Positions 39,368-53,899 of a stretch of 64,000 bases of DNA are shown piece by piece. The translations under genes were made by a program, and so were the position numbers. This DNA comes from Leucoraja erinacea. Lineage: Eukaryota. The DNA lies in NCBI RefSeq assembly GCF_028641065.1, contig NC_073383.1:65658001-65722000 (forward strand). The letters run 5' to 3'. The notes beneath the pieces were generated by a model that saw nothing but the letters and a program-made list of their open reading frames with translations, was not told the origin of the DNA and ran no database searches. Each line of letters starts with the position of its first letter. Position 1 is the stretch's first letter.

Positions 39368-40809
39368 GTGTTCAAGAAGGAACTGCAGATGCTGGAAGAT
39401 CGAAGGTACACAAAAATGCTGGAGAAACTCAACGGGTGCAGCAGCATCTATGGAGCGAAGGAAATGGGTGACGTTTCGGGCCAAAACCCTTCTTCAGACT
39501 GATGGGGGGTGGGGGGGAGAAGGAAGGAAAAAGGGAGGAGGAGGAGCCCGAGGGCAGGGGGGATGGGAGGAGACAGCTCGAGGGTTAAGGAAGGGGAGGA
39601 GACAGCAAGGGCTAGCAAAATTGGGAGAATTCAATGTTCATGCCAACCGGACGCAAGCTACCCTCCCTCTGCAACTGGATACTGGACTTTCTAACCAACA
39701 GACCCCAGTCTGTGAGGTTAGACAAGCACACCTCTTCAACCCTCACCCTGAACACCGGCGTTCCTCAGGGCTGTGTGCTGAGCCCCCTCCTCTACTCCCT
39801 CTTCACCTATGACTGCACACCTGTACATGGTACTAACACCATCATCAAGTATGCAGATGCTACAACGGTGATTGGCCTCATCAGCAACAACGATGAGCTG
39901 GCCTACAGGGAGGAGGTCCAGCACTTAGCAGCATGGTGCGCTGACAACAACCTGGCCCTTAACTCCAAGAAGACCAAGGAGCTCATTGTAGACTTCAGGA
40001 AGTCCAGAGGCAGCACGCACACCCCCATCCACATTAACGGGACGGAGGTGGAACGTGTTTCTAGCTTCAGGTTCCTGGGAGTCAACATCTCCGATGACCT
40101 CTCTTGGACCCACAATACCTCTACTCTGATCAAGAAGGCTCATCAGCGTCTCTTCTTCCTGAGGAGACTGAAGAAGGTCCATCTGTCTCCTCAGATCCTG
40201 GGTGAACTTCTACCGCTGCACCATCGAGAGCATCCTTACCAACTGCATCACAGTATGGTATGGCAACTGCTCTGTCTCCGACCGGAAGGCATTGCAGAGG
40301 GTGGTGAAAATTGCCCAACGCATCACCGGTTCCACGCTCCCCTCCATTGAGTCTGTCCAAAGCAAGCGCTGTCTGCGGAGGGCGCTCAGCATCGCCAAGG
40401 ACTGCTCTCACCCCAACCATGGACTGTTTACCCTCCTACCATCCGGGAGGCGCTACAGGTCTCTCCGTTGCCGAACCAGCAGGTCGAGGAACAGCTTCTT
40501 TCCGGCGGCTGTCACTCTACTAAACAACGTACCTCGGTGACTGCCAATCACCCCCCCCCCCGGACACTTATTATTATTTTTTTTATTCAAATCGTTTGCT
40601 ATGTCGCTCTTCAAGGGAGATGCTAAATGCATTTCGTTGTCTCTGTACTGTACACTGACAATGACAATTAAAATTGAATCTGAATCTGAATCTGAATCTA
40701 CCCAGGCGGAATATGAGGTGCTGTTCCTCCAATTTCCGGTGTTGCTCACTCTGGCAATGGAGGAGACCCAGGACAGAGAGGTCGGATTGGGAATGGGAGG
40801 GGGAGTGGA
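39368..40809 (-). mobile_element. Penelope-like 3' fragment interrupted by a Rex1 LINE
   Basis: Reverse-strand match to the 34250-34550 fragment in two pieces (39368-39663, 40698-40809). Flanked by the 15-bp duplication AGATAAAATATATTT (39353-39367, 40810-40824). Confidence 0.8.
39664..40697 (+). mobile_element. Rex1/Babar-type LINE, 5'-truncated, relatively intact
   Basis: RT: [13 protein letters not shown]...[17 protein letters not shown]...KYADAT...[11 protein letters not shown], with one frameshift near 40200. (TGAATC)n tail and CTACCC duplication. Confidence 0.85.
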
Positions 40810-42524
40810 AGATAAAATATATTTAATGCATTTAATATCAGTTATGCCAAAATATATAAAATGCTAAATTTTATGTTAATTTGGATGAATCTTTTGAAAA
40901 ATTACTGACTTTAGTGAACGAGAACTGCCTTCAAATAAATTAACAAGTCAATCAACGGCTTTTTATTATGAGAATTAAATCCAGGCTCAAAGGAAAATGA
41001 ATCTCCCTTGCATCCTTTCTTTCTTCATTATGAGTGCATCATCTAGCTATACTTAATGTCATCAGTCACTTCCTGATTGTACTATCTGTACTTCGCACCC
41101 TTTATTCAGATGTTTCTTCCTTTCCCAAAATAGGAATTCTGGGAATTTCAACCTTTGGAGGTTTTTGTTTTTGGGTGGCTCCTAAGAAACTTACCCGTTA
41201 AATTTAATGAGACTTGTATTGTTTCAATGTGATGGTAACTGGTAATGTTTCAATTACTATGCACAATTATTTGTCTTGACACGTTGCAAAGTTTGGATGC
41301 TTTGTTCTGGACTTAAGGGCACATTTAAAAAAAAAAATCTGAATGCAGACCATCGGAAAGAATCAACAGTAACATAGAAACATACAATTTTTAATTGGTT
41401 CAGATTACTGTGCTAATTCATTGAAAGTCTCATTTTGCATGTTTTATTCAAGGTCAAGACTTTTTGAAAATAATCCTGCTGTGAAAATGGAGAGTCATGT
41501 TGAAGTTTGGTTAATTTGTTAGTGACTCATTTTAGCTTTTCACTCTCAGTCCAGTTTTGCAATCAGTTTTGAACAGTCAGCAAAATAAATTGCCAAATTA
41601 AATTGCAATATAATGGGCTTATCATTGAATCAGATCTCCTGGGTCATCAATTGTGCTGAATACAAAAGCTTCATAGGAGCGAATTATGCTATGTACAATT
41701 ATCAGTGAAAATGATATCAGCTGATGGTCTGGAGAGTTGGGTAAAACAGCAAGAGCTTACAGCATTGGGATAGCAGATCGTTGATAGTATTCGTATGTTT
41801 GGGAATTCAGCAAGAATAAGGCATTTAAAAAATACCACAAAGTGTCCGAGTAACTCAGCGGTTCAAGCAGCATCTCTGGAGAACTGAAGAAGGGTCCCGT
41901 CCCAAAATGTCATCTATCCATGCTCTCCAGAGATGCTACCTGACCCGCTGAGTTACTCCAACACTTTATGTCTTTTTTTGCAAAACCAGCATCTGCAGTT
42001 CCTTGTATCCACAAGAATAAGTCGTTTTGGGGCATAGAAGAGCTTGATGGTACGCTTTCAGTGTTAACATACCACTGAACTTTCCATTGTTACGTAACAC
42101 AGTTTTGCGCTAAATTTCGGACAATCAAGGCCAACAATTTTTGTGCAGATATGCATTGGATCCAGAGGGCTGTATGATTCTGCTCCACTCCAATATTTTT
42201 TCCCAGAGCTCCCCTAACAGCAGCCCTTCCAGCTAGCAAATTGATGGCTTGTGATGCTTTATCAATAATATTGAAAGCCTTACTTGTAATAGGATGTGGT
42301 AGATAGACACAAAAAGCTGGAGTAACTCAGCGGGACAGGGAGCATCTCTGGAGAGAAGGAATGGGTGACATTTCGGGTCGAGACCCTTCTTCAGACAATG
42401 AAGGGTACTTATCTCTTCAAATGTCTTGCCTTTAGGTAGTCACTTTCTAAATGTAAAAAACAACAACATATTTTTGTGGCGAGCATCTAAACATTGCGTT
42501 TCTGTGAAAAATGACCAGTCAGGT

Positions 42525-42786
42525 TTAATTTTGATATACAGCGGCCCACAGAGTCCATGCTGACCAATGATCACCCTTACACCAGTTCTATCCTACACAC
42601 GGGACAATTTACAGAAGCCAATTAACCTACAAACTTGCAGGTCTTTGGAGTGTGGGAGGAAACCGGAGCACCCAAAGAAAACCCATGTGGTCACAGGGAG
42701 GACGTACAAACTCCGTACAGACAGTACCCATAGTCGGGTTTGAACCCTCTACAAGGCAGCAACTCTACCAGTGGGACATTGGGCCA
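42525..42786 (-). mobile_element. HE1-like V-SINE
   Basis: Reverse-strand copy (GCCAATTAACCTACAAAC...GTACAAACTCCGTACAGACAG). Confidence 0.8.
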
Positions 42787-43526
42787 CTCTCCTTAATAGT
42801 ATCAGTGGGGTATAGAATGTTATCGTCTGGCAATATCACAAGTATTTCCTACGTATTGTTGGTATTTGCTTTCCAACAACATGTGATTTTCTAGGCGATA
42901 TGTTAACAATGTGTGGAAGAAAAGCAGCCTTTAACTGCAGCAGCTTTAATGAGGATGGTGAAAGAGTGATTCAACCCATTTCTCAGTTTGGAATCTGGGG
43001 AACACTAGTCATGTGCACCTTCAAGTTTACCCTTGGGTAAAATCAGGTATGAATATAAAAAGCAGTATAACACTTGAGTTTGTCAGATTCTGAAGGACCA
43101 GATTAGATGATCAGCCTCTCTGCCATCTCTAATTACTGTGAGGTTTTAAAGGTGGACATGCTGCTTTGAATGTCAACAGAATTGGGAAATGCCAGTGATA
43201 CTGCTGGATTCCATCACTGATCCCATCAATGAATTGTGTAGATACATGGAACAACAATCTAGAATTGTGCATAGAATGCAAAATGCTGGAATAACTCAGC
43301 AGGTTGGGCAGCATCTCTGCAGGGCAGGAATCGGTGATGTTTCAGGTCGGGACCCCTCTTCAGACCTTTCTTCCAAAAATGGGGTAGTCTCTGGCCATTT
43401 TGGAAAGGCAGAATTCATATTTATTGTAATGCTAATTGCAATTAAACAAGCTATGAAGCTGGTGGGTTCTGGATCACCAACCCAGGTCCATAGGGGTTTA
43501 TATGGGTAGATTTTACGGTCTGCTTA

Positions 43527-45510
43527 ACATAGAAACAGATAGAAACATAGAAAATAGGTACAGGAGTAGGCCATTCGGCCCTTCGAGCCTGCACCTCCAT
43601 TCAATATGATCATGGCTGATCATCCAAATCAATATCCCATACCTGCCTTCTCTCCATACCCCCTGATCCCTGTAGCCATAAGGGCCACATCTAACTCCCT
43701 CTTAAATCTAGCCAATGAACTGGCCTCAACTACCTTCTGTGGCAGTGAATTCCACAGATTCACCACTCTCTGTGTAAAACATGATTTTCTCATCTCGGTC
43801 CTAAAATACTTCCCTCTTATCCTTAAACTGTGACCCCTTGTTCTGTACTTCCCCAACATCGGGAATAATCTTCCTGCATCTAGCCTGTCCAATCCCTTAA
43901 GAATGTTGTAAGTTTCTATAAGATCCCCCCTTAATCTTCTAAATTCTAGCGTGTACAAGCCAAGTCTATCCAGTCTTTCTTCATATGAAAGTCCTGCCAT
44001 CCCAGGGATCAGTCTGGTGAACCTTCTCTGTACTCCCTCTGTGGCAAGGATGTCTTTCCTCAGATTTGGAGAACAAAACTGTACACAATACTCCAGGTGT
44101 GGTCTCACCAATACCCTGTACAACTGCAGTAGAACCTCCCTGCTTCTTTACTGAAATCCTTTTGCTATGAATGCTAACATACCATTTGTTTTCTTCACTG
44201 CCTACTGCATCTGCATGCCTACTTTCAATGACTGGTGTACCATGACTCCCAGGTCTCATTGCATCTCCCCTTTTCCACCATTTAGAAAATAGTCTACTTT
44301 CCTGTTTTTGCCACCAAAGTGGATAACCTCACATTTATCCACATTATACAGCATCTGCCATGCATTTGCCCACTCACCCAGCCTATCCAAGTCACCTTGC
44401 AACCTCCTAGTATCCTCCTCACAGCTAACACTGCCCCCCAGTTTCGTGTCATCCGCAAACTTGGAGATGTTGCATTCAATTCCCTCGGCCAAATCATTCA
44501 TATATATTGTAAATAGCTGGGGTCCCAGCACCGAGCCTTGCGGTACCCTACTAGTCACTGCCTGCCATTGTGAAAAGGACCCGTTTACTCCTACTCTTTG
44601 CTTCCTGTTTGCCAGCCAGTTCTCTATCCACATCAATACTGAACCCCCAATACCGTGTGGTTTAAGTTTGTATACTAATCTCTTATGTGAGACCTTGTCG
44701 AAAGCCTTCTGAAAGTCCAGATACAACACATCCACTGGTTCTCCCCTATCCACGCTACTAGTTACATCCTCGAGAAATTCTATAAGATTCGTCAGACATG
44801 ATTTACCTTTCGTAAATCCATGCTGACTTTGTCAAATGATTTCACCATTTTCCAAATGTACTGCTATCCCATCTTTAATAACTGACTCTAGCAGTTTCCC
44901 CACTATCGATGTTAGACTACCTAGTCTGTAATTCCCCGTTTTCACTCTCCCTCCCTTTTTAAAAAGTGGGGTTACATTAGCTACCCTCCAGTCCTCAGGA
45001 ACTACTCCAGAATCTAAAGAGTTTTGAAAAATTATCACTAATGCATCCACTATTTCTGGGGCTACTTCCTTAAGTACTATGGGATGCAGCCTATCCGGCC
45101 CTGGGGAGTTATCGGCCTTTAATCCATTCAATTTACCTAACACCACTTCCCGGCTAACCTGGATTTCACTCAGTTCCCCCATCTCATTTGACCCGCGGTC
45201 CCCTGCTATTTCCGGCAGATTATTTATGTCTTCCTTAGTGAAGACGGAACCAAAGTAGTTATTCAATTGGTCTGCCATGTCCTTGTTCCCCATGATCAAT
45301 TCGCCTGTTTCTGACTGCAAGAGACCTACATTTGATTTAACTAATCTTTTCCTCTTCACATATCTATAAAAACTTTTGCAGTCAGTTTTTATGTTCCCTG
45401 CCAGTTTTCTTTCATAATCTATTTTCCCTTTCCTAATTAAGCCCTTTGTCTTCCTCTGCTGGACTCCCAGTCCTCTGGTAGGCTGCTTTTTCTGGCTAAT
45501 TTGTACGCTG
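43527..45510 (-). mobile_element. CR1 LINE, 5'-truncated
   Basis: RT motifs in ORFs 44832-45359, 44256-44753 and 43629-44123. (TAGAAACA)n tail. Confidence 0.9.
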
Positions 45511-46849
45511 CTGTATGTCTTTGTCTAATCTGAATAGAGAAGTTCCCAATTGTATAGTGTTATTTTATAACTTTAGGATTTATCAAAGGATTTTACAACC
45601 ATTAGGTTGTAATGAAGGGAACAAAACAGCTTCCTAAATTGTTCACAGCAATGTCATACCGATTAGACTTTCATTTTGAATGCTCTTTTAGAAAGGAGGT
45701 GAGGAGGAACTTCTTTAGTCAGAGGGTAGTTAATCTGTGCAACTCATTGCCACAGAGGGCTGTGGAGGCCAAGTCGATGGATATTTTTATGACATACTGT
45801 AGATAGACAAATTCTTGATTAGAACGGGTGTCAAGGGTTATGGGGAGAAGCAGGAAATTGGATTGGGTGGCAGAGATCAACCATGGCGGAATAGACTCAA
45901 TAGTATTAATTCTATTCCTATAACTTGTGAATGCATGGTAGTTATTGGCCAGGACATGAGGCATGATGCATTGGCCCTAATATTATTTGACTTTTGTTCA
46001 AGGGGGTTCCACATGAACTTGTAAGAGGATTTCTTTAACCAAGGAGCAGCTTGCAAAGCACCTTTAATTACAAATTGCAGTTAAGTACAACATTGTAACT
46101 TGTTCCCGAAAGTTGAAGGAAGTTCTGTATAACAGCCTGAATCTGGTTATACAAGGTCCAAATGCATTGATGCCTAGAATAGTGCAGCAAATTCATCTTC
46201 ATTGACTTTAATGAAGCTCTTCACCTTTGATAGTGTACAATGTGATGAAAGGACCGCATGGAGTATATAGCATTACCAAGGAAGGTGTCTATTCTCGCCA
46301 TCCACAATACCTCGACCGGGTTCGAACTGTATTTTGGAAAGGGGCCTCAGCACTGTCTTTTGCATAATTTTTGCATTATCTCCTGATGTAACGTATGTCC
46401 TATATCCTGCTACTGTTTGGCGGCCTGTAAATAACTCTAATTTGTGTCTTTTTACCCTTGCAATTTCTCAGCTCTACCAACAATGACTCCATATCTTCTG
46501 ATTCTGTGTTACCCCTTGCTAAAGACCAAATTTCATCCTTACCAGAGCTACCTCACCCCCTCTGCCCACCTGTCTGTCTTTCTGATAGGACGTATAACCT
46601 TGAATATTCAGCTCCCAGCTCCGATCCTCTTGCAGCCACGTCTCTGTAATTACCGCAACATCATACCTACAAATTTCTAACTGTGCTACAAGCACAGATG
46701 CACAGAATCTCTTGCCCAGAGTATGAATCGCGGACCAGAGGACATAGGTTCAAGGTGAAGGGGAAAAGATTTAATAGGAATCTGAGGGATAACTTTTTCA
46801 CACCAATGGTGGTGGGTGTATGAAACAAGCTGCCAGAGGAGGTAGTTGA

Positions 46850-48480
46850 TAATAATAATAATAAATTTTATTTATGGGCGCCTTTCAAGAGTCTCAAGGA
46901 CACCTTACAAAAATTTAGCAGGTAGAGGAAAAACATGTAAGGTGAATGGATTAAATAGTAGAGACATGACTAGTGCACAAAGTAAAGACAGAATTCAATA
47001 CAAAACACAATATGAGGCAATTAATGCACATATGAAAAGGGAGGGGGACGTGGGGCTAAGGATAGGCAGAGGTGAAGAGATGGGTCTTGAGGCGGGACTG
47101 GAAGATGGTGAGGGACACGGAATTGCAGATCAGTTGGGGGAGGGAGTTCCAGAGCCTGGGAACTGCCCTGGAGAAGGCTCCGTCCCCAAAACTGCGGAGG
47201 TTGGACTTGTGGATGGAGAGGAGACCGGCTGATGTGGATCTGAGGGACCGTGAGGGTTGGTAGGGGGAGAGGAGGTCAGTGAGATACGGGGGGGCCAGAT
47301 GGTGGAGGGCTTTGTAGGTGAGGATCAGGATTTTGTAGTTGATCTGGTGGGAGATGGGAAGCCAGTGAAGTTGTTTGAGGACTGGAGTAATGTGATGCCA
47401 GGATTTGGTGTGGGTGATGAGTCAGGCGGCTGCGTTCTGGACCAGTTGGAGTCGGTTGATGTAGGTGGAGCTGATGCCAAGGAGAAGTGAGTTGCAGTAG
47501 TCCAGTCGGGAGGAGATGAAGGCATGGATGAGTCTTTCAGCAGCGGGAGGTGGGAGAGAGGGTCTGAGTTTGGCGATGTTGCGGAGATGAAAGAAGGAGG
47601 TTTTAATGACATGGCGGATGTGAGGCTCAAGGGAGAGGGTAGAATCAAAGATCATGCCAAGGTTGCGGACCTGGAGAGATGGGGAGACAGTGGTGCCATC
47701 GATGGTGAGAGTGGGGTTATTGATTTTGCTGAGTGTGGCTTTGGAGCCTATGAGGAGGAATTCTGTCTTATCGCTGTTGAGTTTGAGGAAATTATGTTGC
47801 ATCCAGGTTTTTATAGCTGACAAACAGGAGTTGATATGGGGGGGGGGGGGTTGTGGGGGGATTTGGTGCCGAGGTAGATCTGGGTGTCGTCAGCATAACA
47901 GTGGAAGTCCAGGTTGAAGTGGCGGAGTATCTGACCAAGGGGGAGGATGTAGATGATGAAGAGGAGGGGGCCGCGTACGGAGCCTTGGGGAACGCCTTGA
48001 GTGACTGTGGCTATAGCAGAGGTGTGGTTGTGGAGAGAGATGAAGTGGGATCTGTTGGAAAGGTAGGAATGGAGCCAGCTGAGTGCAGAGCCTTCAATGA
48101 CGAGGTCTTTGAGTCTGGTGAGCAGGATGTTATGGTTCACTGTATCGAAGGCTGCGCTCAGGTCAAGGAGGATGAGGATGTTGAGGGAACCAGTGTCAGC
48201 AGAGGTGAGGAGGTCGTTGAGGACTTTCAGGAGAGCAGTTTCTGTGCTTTGGAGGGGGCGAAAGCCAGATTGGAGGGGTTCAAGTAGGTTATACACAAGG
48301 AGGTGGGAATGAAGTTGCGACGCAACGATACGCTCCAGGGTTTTTGAAAGAAAGGGGAGGTTTGAGATTGGGCGGTAGTTAATGAGAGAGGAGGGATCAA
48401 GACCAGGTTTCTTTAAGAACACTGGTAAACACTGGTAACAGCAGAAGTTTTGAAAGCGGAGGGAACAATTCCTTGGGACA
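46850..48480 (-). mobile_element. L2-clade LINE inserted into a CR1 3' end
   Basis: NYRPISNLPFLSK, QSGFRPLQSTETAL, LLDLSAAFDTV, GVPQGS, HCYADDTQIY and SRLDYCNSLL motifs, with an (AAT)n tail. Host CR1 pieces at ~46695-46849 and ~48483-48640. Confidence 0.9.
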
Positions 48481-49054
48481 ATGATGCAGGGACTATCCCA
48501 ATGTTTAAGAAACAGTTAGACAGGTACATGGATAGGACACGTTTGGAGGAATATGCACCAAGCGCAGGCAGGTGGGACTTGTGTAGCTGGGACATGTTGG
48601 CCGGTGTGGGGAAGTTGGGCCGAAGGTTTCACTCTATGACCCCAAGCTTATCCACCATTTCTTATACTACGTGCTACATCGTTTCACAGTTGCTGGGCCG
48701 ACATAGAACAATGGGACCTGTAGTTCTGTGCAGGCAGCTGGATAAACCAAAATACTGGCTCAGTTGTGAGAAAACTGTTGGGGGTGTGGATGCAGAGGTG
48801 GTTAAATTAGTTGTTAGCTTTCATTTCCCACATTCTCACTCAAAACAAACTTCAAATAGAAGTTCTGTTATTGTAGCCCCCCCCCCAGGTACAAAATGCA
48901 ATCTTTATGGAGGAGTACTGTGCCACTGCAGTCTGGCCACACATTTTTTATTAAATAATTGATGCAATATATCCAGAGAGATGGACTTTCAACCTGGAAT
49001 AGATTTCAGGAAAACATGTGCTGGTGTCTTGGTGTGTTGCTATACTTTTCATTT

Positions 49055-49361
49055 GTTTGTTTTGTTTAGTTTAGAGATACAGTGCGGAAACAAACCCTTC
49101 AGCCCACCGAGACTGCAATAACCAGCAATCCGTGCACATTAACACTTCCCTATAATCACAAGGGCCAATTTTACATTTATTCCAAGTCTACAAACCAGCG
49201 GTACGTCTTTGGAGTGTGGGAGGAAACCGAAGATGTCGGAGAAAACCCACGCAGGTCACAGGGAGAACATACAAATTCCGTACAGACAGCACACATAGTC
49301 AGGATTGAACCTTGGTGTCTGGCGCTAAGGAAGCATCTCTACCGCTATGCCATGGTGCCGC
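49055..49361 (-). mobile_element. HE1-like V-SINE
   Basis: Reverse-strand full-length copy with (TTTAG)n tail. Confidence 0.8.
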
Positions 49362-49908
49362 ATTTGGTTTTCTTTATACTTCTCTTGAGGAGAATAAAAT
49401 TAAATTTGGCTCGAGGTTTATTCTCCTGCAAGTGAATAAATTGCCATGAGGAGAAGATAGAAAATGGACCAGGAAAATAAAAATTGGATTGGAAAATGAT
49501 GGAAATAGAGGGCTAGAGGAGAGGAAGATTTGAAAGGAGTTTAATGGACTGACTACAAAAATAATTCCAAATTGATAAGGACTTTCATTAAAAATGCATG
49601 GTCAGAGGTAAATCTGTATCAATTCTAGCCTTTGCAGACTAGAAGGTAAATTTTGAAATGCTGGTCAGATTAGAACATTTATAGGCTAAGCAGTAGAAAC
49701 TTGGAACTCCAAAATTCCGGCACAGAATTAAAATAAATTAGTGTCATCATGAAATGAAGGAACAAATGGTGAAACAAATGATCGAGCAAGAAAAAGTAAA
49801 ATATCTGTGTGCTTAGAAACCTTTCTGCTAACAGTACAACATCCAGTGTGTAAGAAGGAACTGCAGATGCTGGTTTAAACCGAAGATAGACACAAAAAGC
49901 TGGAGTAA

Positions 49909-50258
49909 AAGGTATGTCCCACTTAGGCTATTTATCAGGCGACTACAGGCAACAAGTGGTCGCCACATGGTCGCTGGGGTGTTGCCTGTATGGTCGTGAG
50001 TAGTCTCCTCAGTCGCCCAAAGACATTTGAATTTCAGAGAAAAAAATTCGGAGACAGTCGGTGACAGTGGGTTTGATGCCAATGAGCATAGCTTGACTTC
50101 TCCTGACGTAGGTGCTGTTGTAGTTGTCGCCAGGTTAACGTAGGTTGTCGCCAATACTGACTTTGTTTTTTTTTTGTTAAGGTAAAGATTCGATTTCAAA
50201 TTTTATGTCGAAGGGGGGTCCAGTCGTCGGTCTTTGGGCGACCTGCTACGACTATGAC
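49909..50258. mobile_element. Truncated Harbinger-type MITE nested in a PLE-derived element
   Basis: Begins after TAA with AAGGTATGTCCCACTTAGGC, the same TIR family as 644-1422. The second TIR is missing. Confidence 0.65.
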
Positions 50259-52254
50259 TCTCGATCCAAAACGTCACCCATTCCTTCTCTCCAGTACAAC
50301 ATCCAGTATTGAGATGGAGTGTTGTACTGCCTTTGATTTCCTCAAGCCATTGTGGTTTGTCAGAATATTACTTGGTGCTTTGCAATAGAATCTGCCTTTT
50401 ACTGTTAGCATCCCTGATCTGCATTATCAAGAAACAATAATCAAATGTTTAATTAAATTCTGCGGTGTCTGATTCCATGAGAACAGTCGCCACTTTGTTA
50501 CTTGAAACGTCCTCTCCTCCTTTCAGGCCACTGTTCTGGAAGTTTAAATATTTACCAAATGGTAATTATTTCCATAATCACCCTTGATATGCTGGGTCTT
50601 TTTCCTTTCACTGTTATACATGGTGTCATCGATATACTGGGGCCCCGATCAAATATCTGGACCATGCAAATGTAAGTTTTGTTACAGTGTGATTATGATC
50701 CTCTCTTATTGTTGTAGTAATACAAATATACTATAGAGGCATATCTCTTCCTGCATTTTAACTAGGTATTTGTACTTTAATCCTTTCGAAGGACAGTGGG
50801 GTACTCTGGTGCACTTTGTAAGAGGACTATAGGGGCATTGAAATATTGTGAAGTTCAAAGCCAAACCAAATCTGACCTTATGGTCTTACCTTTCCAATAT
50901 ATTAAACCTTCAACTGCTTTTTGGTTTACTGTGGTTGAGTCCTATTTCTGTGATCTTAATTGTATGTCCATATGGATGTACAGTATAATTTCACCCCACT
51001 GCAGTGGATATTCTTACTGTCAGATGGAAAAACATTATTGAAGCTGTTTTGATATTTGTTTTATTCCTTAAAATAATGGTACAAATGTATGTTAACAACT
51101 TAAGTTAGTTGATATAGGGGATCCTATTGCAACTGGTTTATATGTGAAGTGCCTTGTGCCATCTACAAAACAGTCCCACACTTCCTATAACATTTTTAAG
51201 CATAGCTTTCCAATTAAATTGACATGAAAATAAGAGGAAAATCATTCAGCCGTTTGAGATTGGTCCTCTGCAACCTTGTCGCATTTTGTGCCACCATATT
51301 GTTATTTTTGGAATTTACTGTAAAACATTAAAATTTAACAAAGCAGTTATTGTGGAATCCTAGTTATAAATTGGCGATCTGGTGTAGCGTATACCTTGTA
51401 AACAGATGCATGAGAAATATGAAATATATAAACTGAAGAAATGCTTTGTCAGTAATGTTTCAGGATGGAGCAGGAATCTTTTTCAATGAAGCATATAGTA
51501 AAGACTGGGAATTTGCATAATAGATGACTGAAGAAGTGTGACATAGAGTACTGTATAGTTGAATGTTTTAAAGTACTTTGAACTATATATTGATAATGGG
51601 ACATGGGTTGAACATGTTCATGAACATAGTCTGGTCATTAGTACACCCAATACTATGTACATCTCACTTAAGAGGATTTTTTATAGAGGTGAGAAGAAAT
51701 TAAGATACTGTTTAGTTTTATTTATTATCATGTGTACCGAGGTGCAGCAAAAAGCTTTTTGTTGTATGCCAACCAGTCAATGGAAAGACTATACATGATT
51801 ACAATCAAGCCATCTACAGATCATAAAGGACATACTGTTTAATGTAAGATAAAGTCCAGTAAAGTCTGGTTAAAGATAGTTCGAGGGTCTCCAATGAGGT
51901 AGATGATAGCTCAGGACTGCTCTCTAGTTGTTGGTAGGATCGTTCAGTTGCCTGATAGCAGCTGGGAAGAAAATGTCCCTGAATCCGGAGGTGTGCGCTT
52001 TCACATTTCAATACCTTTTGACAGATAGGAGAGGGGTGATTATGTTGGTGGCCTTGCTGAGGTAGAATTTTCAATTTACAATTAGAAAGGCCTTGTGCTG
52101 TGTAGAGCTATGCTGATCATAACAGGCAGCTAAACCATGAGGTAGATGGTGCAACCAAAATTGCTTTATACAATTGTAGGAAGGAGACCTGTGAGTTGGG
52201 GCAGAAAGTTGATCCATAGAAGATTTGTAACAATTCTATTACCAGATGCTTTCT

Positions 52255-53035
52255 TTAGTTTAGTTCAGTTTATGGTCACGTGTAGTGAGGTACAGTGAAA
52301 AGCTTTTGTTGCATGCTATCCAGTCAGCAGAAAGACAATACATGATTACAATTGAGACATTTACAGTGTATAGATATGTGATAACAGAATAACGTTTAGT
52401 GCATGGTAAAGCTAGCAAAATCCGACCAAGGATAGCCCGAGGGTCACCAAAGAGGTAGATAGTTGTTCAGCACTGCTCTCTGGTTGTGGTAGGATGATTC
52501 AGTTGCCTGATAACAGCTGGGAAGAAACTGTCCCTAAATCTGGTGGTGTGCTTTTTCACTCTTCTATATCTTTTGCCAGAGGGGAGAAGAGGGAGTGGTC
52601 AGGATGTGACTCATCTTTGATTATGCTGCTTGCCTTGCAGAGGCAACATGAGGTATAAATGGAGTCAATAGAAGGGAGGTTGGTTTGTGTGATGGTCTGG
52701 GCCACGTCCACGATTCGCTGCAATTATTTTGTGGTCTTGGATGGAGCTGTTCCCAAACCAAGTTGTGATGCATCCTGATAAATCGTGCATCTGTAGAAGT
52801 TGGCGAGAGTTGTAGGGGACATGCCAAACTTCCTAAGCCTTCTGAGGAAGTAGAGGCATTCGTGTGCACTCTTGGTTGTCGTTTCATTATGGGTGGCCCA
52901 GGAGAAGTTGTTGGTGATATTGACTCCTAGGAATTTGAAGATTTCAACCATCTCTATTTTGGCACCGTCAATGCAAACTGGGTCATGTATACTGCTTCGC
53001 TTCCTGAAGTTGATCGCTATCTCCTGTTTGTGTAT
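52255..53035 (-). mobile_element. Rex1-type LINE 3' fragment (decayed)
   Basis: EIAINFRK...FKFLGVNIT...LYFLRRLRKFG. Related 3' fragments at ~4140-4507 (+), 51708-52050 (-) and 55800-56200 (+). Confidence 0.7.
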
Positions 53036-53899
53036 GTTCTGTATGTGCAAATGAGTTACTGATGGCGAGGGAATGACTGTTCCTGCTGTGAAATAATATT
53101 TAAAAAAAATACATATTTTAGAAATAAAACCCAAAATGTAATTTATTTTTCATGTTGGCAGTCAGCAACTAAGAGTTATCATGACCTTGATGACAAATTG
53201 AAATTGGAACAGAGAAAACTGACAAAGGTGAACTGATATGCATCAGTGAGAAACTTTAACAAAATGAAATTGGAGATGGAAGATAAAGTGTTGAATTTCT
53301 CAATACATCGAATAAAGAGAAATGGTGAACCAAGAAACCTAGTACAGAAGTCTACTGCCCACTACAGAGTTAACCCATTTCAATTCCACATATGATATAC
53401 CATATAGCCTAGAACATATTGCGGTGTTGATTCACCCCGCATGGCGTATGCACTAGTGGGGAGATTTTAATTTTCTTTTTTCATTCGTTCACATTTTTCG
53501 CATCCACTGTATAAACAAGAGAAAACCTAATGTTGTGGCCGCCTTTTAACACCTCAATGACAAATTGTGATCATGTTAGCTTTCACTTTGTGAAATCACA
53601 GCTGGTATTCAGAAGCCTATTTTCATTTGGTTGAACAGTGCACCTTTAATTTGAAGCAGAATGCTGAGGGACATTTGGTTAAAAAAAAATCAGCTTCAAG
53701 AGTTGGGGCTGACACTTGTGTCAGGTTTTGCCTGACACTGTTCCCAGATTGTCTTCAAATGTGACATTTTTATCTTGATCAGCTCAAAAATGGTGCATTC
53801 TCATCAAATCCTTGAATAGTGGAGCATGCAAGGAGGTTATTTGATCTAGCTAATATAATGATTTAAAAAAAGCAATCAGTTGACCCACCTCCATGTTCT

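Noticed and set aside
50510-50577. Acceptor-like CCTCTCCTCCTTTCAG followed by a GTAATT donor-like site
   Set aside because: The enclosed sequence does not encode kinesin exon 2 (KPYxFDRV) and nothing else supports a cassette exon.
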